Origin: Ascidiella aspersa
Taxonomy: Eukaryota
Length of the DNA stretch: 64,000 nt
Direction: 5' to 3'
Assembly (NCBI GenBank): GCA_963924565.1
Contig: OZ004614.1
Coordinates: 3,720,001 to 3,784,000 of the forward strand
The notes beneath the pieces were generated by a model, which was given only the letters and a program-made list of their open reading frames with translations, had not been told where the DNA came from and made no database searches. The translations under genes were made by a program, and so were the position numbers. Positions 50,294-61,278 of this stretch are shown in pieces (the first letter of the stretch is position 1; the number at the start of each line of letters is the position of its first letter).

Positions 50294-52130
50294 TTTAACA
50301 GTCCTTTATAGCTATAAGAGATTACAAGTGTTTAAAGGTCTAGATCTAGAAGAAAAAATGCTGTGATTATTCTTTAAAATATTAGTATATTCATTTTGGA
50401 ATACAATCCACGTTCCACGTTTTTTAGTAATTCAAAAAAATATATACTATTCAACAGAATCAACATTTCGTTATTTACAAACCTTCAGGAATATATTTCG
50501 TGCCATTATAAGGCAAGGTAAAAGCGATAAAACACAAAAAAGAAGAAAAAGAACAAAGGTAACAGCAAAAGAAGGCGATGTAATATGTCAGTTAGGTGTA
50601 AATAAGATAAAAAGGTGCCGATGTGGTGTCGATGTTACGCTCTGGTAAAACCACACAATTCGATAAAACAGAAACCAAATCTGCGACTTAAATTATCAGC
50701 TCAATAAATATAGTAAACTATCTGTCAAAATTTTTAGCAGTTAAGGTACCTCGCGCAAAGTCAAGTCTTTACAACAAATGGTGAAGCATCACATATCAAC
50801 ACAGCCGACTTTTAAACATATTTCTAACGCTTCCTAAGCAACTATAGCACCTCCAGCTGTAAGAACGTTTGCTTATAGGCTGTGCTGAAAGGCATTTATC
50901 TGCACAATCTGCCGACTCATTACCGGTAGATTCAAACGCCTTAAGTTGCTCCAGGCTGTTGTGGCTGTGGTTTTACGCTGCACACGTGATTATGGACAGA
51001 GGAAAGTTCTTGGAAATTGACAACGGCTAGAACTTTTAGATTACATTCGTACTTTAAACTACAAGCACGTTTCTGCTTACCTTGGTAGGGCTTTTTCCCA
51101 CCCTCGCGTAATAAGTACATAGCAGGAATTAGGGAATTTTTCAGGCTCAAAGGCACCAAGCATACGATAGCATGATGTGCGTACTGCGTCATGTATCCTT
51201 TGATTGTTCAAAATCAAACGTGTGCAATTTTATCCAAAATCATTAGAAGGGAAAAAATAATGGAGTTTTAGACGTTTATTCCCGGTTGTGTTGGTAAATT
51301 TTTAATTGTGTCAGACCCAGTGTAATTTTATAATCGTTTAAACTAAAAGTAAAAGTTATTGGAAAAATTATTTAAATTAGTCAAAAAGCCTTGAAGCTAA
51401 TTTCCCTGTGTTGTCAAGGTCAGAGTCAAGGTTGCGCAAAAGTCGTGTTGCGACATTCCTCGCGTGCCCTATTGTTACGTCACAGTTTGTAAACAAGCTG
51501 CCGACGACTGGGCAGGTCCGGATTAGAAAAAAAATATTGCTGTTAACTGCAAACTCTATACATTAAGCATAGTTGAAATACGCCTTGCTCGCACTGCTTA
51601 GCGGCAACACCATTCCATAACCCAAGTTAAATTAATGATTTTGTGTTTGCCATTACTTCGGACGCAGCTTTCCCAATCAAAATTCCGTGATTACTTAACT
51701 TTACTTTTTTAACAGTCATGCAATGGGCTACATTGAAAATTCAGTAAGGTTTAATTACGTTTTGCTGGCATTTTAAATCAAATGTAACCTAACCAGAACT
51801 TTGCCTAAATATATCAGTTTTTACCTTTTAGCTCGTGACTGACAGCAAATTTATTTTGTAAAGCACAAGTACTTTTTTGCTTAACTTAGTAGAAAAAAAT
51901 TGTGTTACTGTTCTATACTGCCTTGGCCTCCAAACGCATTGCTGTAATGTGCAAGTTTTGTAACAAGTTCAAGCAAATTCAACCTTAAAAAAAATAATAT
52001 CTCGATACTGTGTCTATACAGTCCGAGTTCTTATCATTCTTACAACCCTAGCCTTACCGCAATTTCATTCTGTAAAGAACAAGTAATTTTCCACTTTACA
52101 GCAATTCGTGATCTAGCCTCATGTACTTAC

Positions 52131-52250
52131 CAGCAACAGCTGACGACTGATCACAAGCCAGCCATCGAAACCAGGGGATTCACCGTGACGTAACGGAAAT
52201 ATTCGGCGGCTCTTGATAACTCACGAGGGAAAGTACCGAATGCACTACGT
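52131..52250 (-). other. Candidate non-coding 5' exon of the Ig gene
   Basis: Strong minus-strand donor CTG|GTAAGT at 52131/52130 in a GC-richer patch. The Ig ATG exon is preceded by an acceptor (ctcttatag). Confidence 0.35.
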
Positions 52251-53572
52251 CGTTGAGAATGGAGCATTTCATTTGTCGGTGTGTGAAAACATTTCTCCTT
52301 TGGGGCATTGGCGTGATGTTGTAGTTGGACGAAGAATGGATATTGTATAAATACAGCTTCTCTAATAAATGTAATTCATAACCAACGTTTCAGCAACCTA
52401 TTCAAATCGCCTTTTTCAGGGTGAATGACAACGAACGGACCTAGTACAATTTATAGAAAACACACAGCGGAAAAAATGCAGAAAAAGACGCAAGAAATAA
52501 CATTCTTTCAATCAATACAGTTTTGCAATTTTTTTATTTAAATATATGCACCACAAACCAATGGGATAGACAAAAGAGGCGAGATAAAACACACAATAGA
52601 AGTTACGATTTAGCAGGGAGGCATTGAAAGACAGCTGGAGATTCGGGCTTACTTAGACTGGTCTTCAAAAGAGCCTTGTCCCTTTGCAGAGAAAGTCATT
52701 TATTTTATTATTCTTAGTGGCGATAAGAAGACGTTCAGATTTCAGTATCGCAAGATTGCATGATATTCACAAGAGTCATATCCGCTAAAGTTTCTAGCGA
52801 TTCGATAAAATGGAAACAATGTTGGCACACTTCCACACAAGCTAAATCACTAGCGAATTCAATAAATCCGCAAAAACCAGAAATTGTAAAAGAAATATTC
52901 TTGTTTTTCAACCAGATGATTTTTAGACTTTTTATAACAGCAGGTACAAAACATAAAACCATTTGTTTAATTTGACCTAAATATATAACATACATATTAT
53001 TATTACTTTAAGTATTTTATCACCTGAAATTCATAATATCAAAAGTATAATATTTAAATGCTCTTAAGTAACTGTTTTTAAAATGACTTGACTTTAAAAT
53101 ACGACTTGACGTATGTTAAAGCGCATTAATTAAATCATTTGAGTAAAATTACGTTATTTAGGTAAATTAATAAATGTAATAAATGTTAGTTTGTTATAAG
53201 TTTTGTTTTCTGTCTTTCCTCTGCGCAATATCGGTCAGAGTAAACGTGTTTACACCTTTTGTAAATTTAACATTAACTTTAAAGCCACTACTGTGACTTG
53301 AAATTGGTTTGCGTCACTATAATGACATTTGACTCGGACTTGATATTTGTTGAAAATGACTGGACTTTGGCTTAAGTTAGTAGACTGGACTTGGACTTAA
53401 GTTAGTTTGAAAATGACTTGACTGGGACTTAAGTGTTTTGCAAATGGCCTTACTGAGACTTAAGATCATTTTGAAATGACTTGTTTACAACCTGCTGCAA
53501 GGTTTGCAAACTATTCATGACAGTGCTAGTTTGCTTAACAAAATGCACCACGAAAACATATCTGGATGAAGT

Positions 53573-56500
53573 CTAACCCACATTTGCATAATCCTCGTCC
53601 AATTCATAAGGCGGCATTTCTTTTTCAACTCCTGCCTCTTTAAGAAACCGCCTCATTTCGATAATTGCCCTGTTCAGTTCAACGCTCACTTTTCGAATAA
53701 ACGGATTAAAGTCAAACTTGGCCTTTTGCCTTTTGAACATCCCAGTAAGGTCTTGACTGAGACAGGCGAGTCTCTCTTCCAAGTCTATTGGTTGTACGAT
53801 TTTGTTGCTGGAGAATTTGAGCATCTCCCTTGAACTTTCGATCGGGTTTTCCACAATGTCCTCGTAGTACATCACAAGTTTTCTCTTCGGGCAGTTCATC
53901 ACTGATCTTATGACCGTAGTCCATTCCTTGATTGGTTTCTGGATTGACTCGACCGTGATTGCTGCGAAAGTGTTACAAATTCACGTTTTTTTTAATTTTT
54001 TTAATTGATCAGAATCGGGAAAATGTTTTAGTAGGAAAAGCTTAAAGCAATGCCGACAGTCTATTACGCAAATCTCAGTCGATTTTGAAAGAATGAAACA
54101 ATGAAGCTTTGAAAAAGTTCACATTAAAATATGTTTATTGTTACGTGTTATGTATCACATATGTTATTGGCTTTAATTAGTTACTTCCATATGATTCGCA
54201 AAATTATTTTAAACATCCTTTAATACACGTCATTTTGCCATATACCTCGAACCACGTAAAAACATTAATGTGATATACAATGTAATATTACATACATCGT
54301 GCGATACTTGTGATTTAGATTTACAATTTTTGGCCTTAAAACTTAAATTTTCTTAATATCTATGTATTGAGCCAAAAGTTTAGCAAATTAGAACGACAAG
54401 TATAATAACACAAAATGAAAATGCCTAAATTACATTACATTTACAGTTACATTGAAAATTGTAGTTAATTACATCAATTACGATTACAAATTACAATTGA
54501 TCCAACTCTGGTCTACACCATGTAATTATCATAGGATCAATATTACGTGATTCATAATCACGTCATACAATCACATGATGAGTTTTCACGCGCTCACCAT
54601 GTTTCCCGTGCTTGAAGAGCTCGTGAGGAATGGAGCGCATGTGAAAGCCTCCTGAGTACATGAAGTTTAAGAAGGAGAGCAGGGCTCGGTAGGGATTCCT
54701 GATGAGAAGTATCACGTCGGGAGCGTGAGTCATGTTGGGCATCACGCCGGTGAAGAGATGCTCTTTCACGAACACGGTCTTTTCTCGCGAGGCCTCGCCA
54801 AGGTAACCTAGTAGGGAAAACAATCAAATTATTGCCGAGTTTTAAGTCTTGCTAAGCCAGCGGTTCTCAACCAGTGGGCCATGGCTCACTGTTAGGCCAT
54901 GGAAACTTTTTAGATGGGCCACAGACCAATTAAAAAAAAGCTAGATTTATTGAAGAATTTAGTTTCATTTGTGTCACTATACCTAGTTTTACAAAAATAA
55001 TGGCTTGGGGAGAAATCGAGTAGGAATGTAAATGAAACGTAAATTTATTGTTATATGCTCCGCTATATTTTGTTCTTTTGTTCATTCATCAAATTTATTG
55101 GGCCACAGAATTTTTGTGCAACGAAAATGGGCCACGAAAGGAAAAAAGGTTGACAACCACTGTGCAAAACGAATCAGGAAAGTCCGATACATTTTATTCC
55201 GATTCCAAAACGCTAAAGTGTTAAAATATTCGCTAGCCGATCTGATACTAAATGACATCAATACAATGCTCAAGCATAAATACAAAAGTTTAAATGGCTA
55301 AACGTTTAAAAGTATTTGTCGAACCCATATGATGGATGACATCCATATGTTATTTTAGTATAGCATCTCTGCCGATACCACAAGTATCGAACGAGTACTC
55401 ATACGACCAAATCGGGTATCGGCTTTAAAGCGATATTATTGAAGTCCATAATATAAATTATGGGTAAACTTCAACCATAGGTCTTTAAACTGTTTTTGTG
55501 GCTCACTATTCTAAATAGTATTTTCTAGGCCAGTGCTCTTCAACCAGCGTGCACGGTGCACCCTAGGGCGCACCAAAATATGCATGGGGTGCACCAGTAC
55601 GAAAGGGTATACAAGGGTGCATCACAAACTTTTGAATGAACCATTTTTTGTGGTGCAAGTTGTATTCCTGTGTTTTGTGAAAAGTTTGAATGCTGTATGA
55701 AATCCAATAGTACTTGCAAGCAGCCTGTAGCCATAATCGAACTCTCACCGAAAGTGTGTACAACTTAAATGACCTGATTATATTGATATACATAATGATT
55801 TTTCAATAGATTTTTATCTCAGTGTTATATTTATTAAACAGTGTGCATGAGTTCGACACAACAACTTTAAGGGTTCACAAAAACCAAAACAGGTTAAAGA
55901 GCACTGATCTAGGCAACATTTGTAGAGATGTGAAACTTTATTAAAAAAACACTATTATTTTTATAGATTAAATATTGTTAGCGATGCGAAAGTTGGCTCT
56001 TCCATTAAAATAATTTATCTGAGGGTAAATTGCGAAATTAGTTTCTTTAAGGAAACATTTCTAAAAATGAGACATTTTAACTTTTTACTGAGAAATGTTA
56101 ACAAATTTTTACTCTACAGCCGCATCACAACTACACCTTTGACGCAGAGTAAGTTATCGTTAAAGATGGTTGACGTGTAAATTTTATCAGAAATCAATGT
56201 TGTAACAAGTCATTTTGAAATGACTGAAGTCCCAGTCAAGTAATTTGTAAAACAAAACTTAAGTCCAAATCAAGTATTTGTAAAAAAAAAACTTAAGTCC
56301 CAGTCAAATATTTGTAAAAGAAAACTTAATATATAATTAGAGCAAGTCAATTTCAAGTCACCTTTTACGTAGAGTGAGTTATCATTGAAGATGCTTGACG
56401 TGTAGATTCCGCTTGCCTTCTCAAGAAGGAATCTCACCCAAGTGTTCCCGGATCCCGGGTAAGACACCAGGAGCGTCTTATCATGGGAGGAGTCTTTAGG

Positions 56501-59500
56501 AACAAACCCGACGTTCCCGCATCTTTCGTCTTCGACCAACGTCCGGTAAAGCTGCACTGAATCTTTCAGGTCGACGCAACTCGACTTTTGATGGGTGAGG
56601 TTGAATCTTGGCAAGAAATGACGGAGATGAATAAAATGTAAGCTTTACCGGACGTTGGTCGGATAGGCAGTGCAATTTCAGCAGCAAGTCGCTACCACCT
56701 CACCCTTCTTAACACCGAGCTTGTTGAAGACGGAGATAAATAAAATGTATTTTCTGTGTTAGATAAAATGGCGACAGGAAGTTTTACCGTTTGTGTTAAA
56801 AGTTATTTTGATCTTTAAATTTGTTGGCCTTTTTAAACTTGATAATACTAACTTTGTTGGTCTGAAAAATTAAAGACAAAATTGTCATGTCGACTCCTTG
56901 CAACAGTTCGAATTTCAAGTAACCAATTGAAGCTATACCTATCATAGACGAGATTACTAAAGCAAACAGGGCTGAAAATAAATTAATTTTCCCACCAGAA
57001 CGATGACAAATGTTCTTATCGACACGCAGAAGAGAGATGTCATAAATTACGTCAAAACAAGACGTCTAAAATATGTTAACTTAGATGGCCTATAGATCGT
57101 TGTTGTGCACAATTATGCGACTAAAACATTTGTCAAAAACAAATTCAAGAATATGGCGGAATGGCCTGGTAAACAGTGACACGGCCCGGTTAATATAAAA
57201 ACATTATTTTACTTCCAGCAGAAAGTACGAGTAACATAAACTGGTTTTGAAATACGCTGGAATAAAATCGTTTGATTTTATTTTCCAGTGAATTTGTTCG
57301 ATTCGTTCTTGGAAACTAATTTTCATCATTTTTATGTTTTCAACTTATAACTTTATGCATCTTTTGTTCAAAAGCTTTCTTAGGACTTCAATCTTAGGTG
57401 TTAATTTCCAAAGATTACAACAAATCTTATACCTGCCTGTCATTTTTCCACACAAACATATTTCATCCTGTCCGTAAGCTGCCACTGGGTGTCGCAATCG
57501 CTCGCACGTGACGAAACAATGCTGGGGTGACGTCACTTGGAAGGCGCGAAACGAGGAATCACGTGGCGGGAGACCGAAGCAGCCTTTGTATCGCGTCTCG
57601 AGGAATTCGTCGGTAACTTTATCTGGTGAAATAAAAATAAATTTAAGGGGATGAATGACGTTACCAAAACAACCAGTCAGTAACCAAAACAACCAGTACG
57701 TAACAAAATGAACCACCAGATAACAAAATAAACACAAGAAATCATGAAACCAGAACACAATTAAAACAACCAGTAAGTAACCTAAACAGCCAGAACGTGA
57801 ACATGTAGAGTAGTAGGTTATAACAAAATCATGTAACCAGAACGAACGCAATCAAAAACAACGACAAAGTAACCAAAATAACAGAACGTAAAAGTACAAC
57901 AGGTCATTTTTTAATCTAGGTAAACCCATTATCTATTTTCTACAGGTCAAATGGTTTTTGCATTTACCAGTGTCCACACAAGTTCCCTTGACAAGCAACA
58001 GGGAGTTTCCACCTTGCATTGACCCGCAAACCTCCCACTCGTTTCCACTGCAGGTGACGTCACACAATGATGACGTCATTTTTGCGCTGCGTATTATTGA
58101 GCTGTAACACGTGCAAGTGTCTCCGTTAGAGAGGCCGGCGAACGGATGGTTTCTGTTAAAAAATTGAATAAAATCGAATTGCTAATTAAAAACTTTTTGT
58201 CACGAGTTGCACTACAAACAATTATTGGCTGAAAAACAAATATAATTATACAGGAAAAGTGGGCCTACTTCAAATCACTTCCAAGAGCTGTAAATTTACA
58301 AAATGTAAATTTACGACTGGGACATTTTAAAATTTTAACAAAATACTAGTTTTGAACCTGTTTATTAAAAAGTGCATAAATAGAAACTTTTCTGTAAACG
58401 TGTAAATAAAAATTGTAAAAAGTGGTCACCAGGCACGACATTAATCAACACATAACTCTGGTAATTATAATGGATCTAGAATAAATAAAGTTTATTCCTT
58501 GTATATTGAAAGATATTTCATAAATTAAAAGTCATATACAAAAAACAAAGCTTCACTATGAAAAAGTTTGTTCAGAAAAGCAAAGACAAGCCATATAAAA
58601 CGATTTACCATAAAATAAAAAGAGTATAAAATTCATAAAGTAAGGATAAACAAAAAAATTATAAAACAAATACACATCGAATAACAAAATAAACATGATA
58701 AAACGAAAAATGTAATATATATTAAATAAAGTCACAAATATATTTTATATCCATCGAATGGTTTTCATAAACTATAAAGAAAAAGTTCTACTCGTTGTTA
58801 ATAACTCAATACTCGCTACTCGTTTTCGAATGAGTTTACCACCCTTTGCGTTACTAATAGCTAAACCAGGAATAGGTAATCTTCTATTGAAGGGGAGTGT
58901 ATGACAAGCCAGTGTTGTAAACATGTCATTTTTTTAATGAAGTCCCAGTCAAGTCATAATTAGAGCAAGTCAATTCCAAGTCAAGTCCTTGTCATAAAAG
59001 TTAGCCGTTAAATTATTTAAAAACTCGTTCGATTATGTGCAGTATCTTAACTAAAAATAACACAGAACGCAACATATAACAAGCAAATTGTTTTATAATC
59101 TTTAGATAAATAACCCAATTTTATGATAAATTTGCTTAATGAAAGCACTTTATTTGTCCAAAGAATCCAAAAGAAGTCAAGTCAAGTCAAGTCGTTTGAA
59201 ACTAGTGACTTAAGTGAACTTAAGTCATGTCACTGACTTAAGTCAATACAACACTTTTGGAACCTCACAACGAAGGTCAGATAATGGGTTGGGGCGAGAA
59301 GGCGATTGAGATAAGGTCTGTTGAGACCGGTCATTTAGACTGCGTGTTCATGCACAAGAGGGCGCAAGTCCACATGTGACTTAAGTGAACTTTGTCATTT
59401 GACAAAAGCGACAAATTTTCCATAACTTACAAACGATTTATGAAAAATTACTCGCTTAATTTGCTTAGTGGTCCGTAGTTTGCCCAGATCTGATCTAAAC

Positions 59501-61278
59501 AAACTTAAACCCCTGGCGCCAGAAAACGATATCGAAGTAAGAGTTTTGCTGCGTTTAGACGAAATATTGTCAATAAGTTTCCACAAAAACTACAGCAATT
59601 TGAAATATTAGAAAATACAAATACAGAGCTTAACAACTGACCGCTGGCGGCAGTGACGAGCACACCAGTTCCTAGTCATGAAGTAATTTCTTTTTTGGTA
59701 GATTCCAGAGCTTGCTTTGAAGCAGCCGAGATGAACAACTGTAAAAAGTTTGGTTGTAAACAGCAGCTTGCATGTACACCTATATTTTTAGTTTCTGGAT
59801 AAAACCATCTCATCAAAAGATATTTGGCAGTAGCACGAATTTTGAAGATGATGTTAAAATCTTTCATAAAGCAATTGAAAATTCTACCAAATGGTGATGT
59901 AAGTATTTTCAAGAAATAAATTAATCGCGTGTTTAAGTCTCTAAAAGTTATTCTAACATTTTAATAACGCAATTCTTAGTTAAAATTTTTTTAAGGCCCG
60001 CAGAGACCTCTCTGAGTTTGGTTTTGGCCCGCGACTAGAAAAAGGTTGCCGACCCCTGTTCTAGACTATATAGATATACATCCTGCAGCAAGCTAAATGT
60101 ATTCAGAACCAATTGATGAATTTAAGTTTAGACTGCAATTATGAGATTTAGTTTTTATTACCATTTTATACTTGGATGTTTAAATCTTATTAACTGCGTG
60201 AAAAAAAAAATATATATACACAAAAAAGTCAGACTTATTATTGTTGTAATCTGAAATTGTGTGTGTTCAAATTACCTAATAATTTATACAGACGCAAACC
60301 AAGTATATAATCAGATAAAGGCCTGACAGTTGTAAAAATAAGAAGTTTTACACTTTATGCTAACACACTTATAGACTTTAAACGGGTTTGTTTAAACCTT
60401 GATTTTCTTTTAATTTGAGCTAAATTCAAACTATTTATTTAAAAATCTTTATTTAAAAAAGAAAAAAAAGCGAAAATTAACTATTTTTTCACTCACACTC
60501 GCAAATTGTTTCGTGGGGCAAGTCGCTGAGGTAACGGGGTGGTCGTTCCAAGATTAAAGAATTCACTTGACTTCTCTTCCTGTCAAGTAAACCGTAAATA
60601 GCAAAACTAGATGTATGCCAATTGAAGTGGTGAAGCAATGATTTAAATAACACTTTCTTCTGGTTAATATTAACTTTCATAAATTATTTGAAATATATGT
60701 CTTGAAAAAAGAACATTTCTTGAACGATTATCTGATTCCATGATATGCCTGGCAGAAACAAGACACAAAAATAAGGTTTAGTATTGTTTAAGACATAGAG
60801 TTTAATACTGTCGAAGACAGCTTCAGTAAATGGCATACACGACTTCGCTCAGACGTTAAAAGTATGGCGTCTGTTATATATATTGGCAAAAACTCATTAG
60901 ACACTGACGCAAAAACGCCACAAAAAACATTGTTTTGCAAATTCTTTTGAAGTAAATTAAATAAAGATTACATTAAACACGTTTTCAAAAACGAATAGGC
61001 ATGGTATTGTCACTTCTTTACAGTGGGTATTTCACAAAAATATAAATTGAGTCCTTGACCATCGTCAATAAAACAAAGCCTTTAATACTGCGGCTGGTAA
61101 TTGCATAATGTATGAACTAGATTGACTTTTACCTTACTTTGTAGTGTAGTCCCTCTTTAACATTGAGATCGTTCAGGGGGGCAACAGAAAGTCTCTTCAT
61201 ATACAGGAGAACAGTTAAGAGCAAGGTTAAGGGCAAGACTTGGTTGCGAAAAAGTCGGATCAGAGGCACTTTGACCAT
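53573..61278 (-). CDS. WSC-domain-containing sulfotransferase (WSCD1/WSCD2-like), type II membrane protein, ~514 aa
   Basis: Minus-strand exons: 61278-61133, 60579-60497, 59738-59642, 58152-57968, 57622-57433, 56606-56362, 54807-54598, 53961-53573; total 1545 nt, phases consistent. N-terminal anchor [14 protein letters not shown]; two WSC-type Cys domains (HLGCF..C..HC..FAGL..G..CTC..C..C.G..VCG; YKGCF..C..TC..CLCG); 5'-[12 protein letters not shown]; 3'-[14 protein letters not shown]; YYED motif. Confidence 0.9.
54858..55162. mobile_element. hAT-type MITE
   Basis: TIR CAGCGGTTCTCAACC...GGTTGACAACCACTG. Confidence 0.75.
55531..55906. mobile_element. hAT-type MITE (same family as 1831-2202)
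   Basis: TIR CAGTGCTCTT...AAGAGCACTG; TSD TTCTAGGC/ATCTAGGC. Confidence 0.85.
57660..57890. repeat. Degenerate ~20-bp tandem repeat (TAACCAAAACAACCAG..)
   Basis: Recurrent CA-rich unit in a WSCD intron. Confidence 0.6.
58910..59255. mobile_element. AAGTC-rich element (same family as 22250 and 49365)
   Basis: Starts CAGTGTTGTAAAC; internal AAGTCAAGTC and GACTTAAGTG motifs. Confidence 0.7.
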
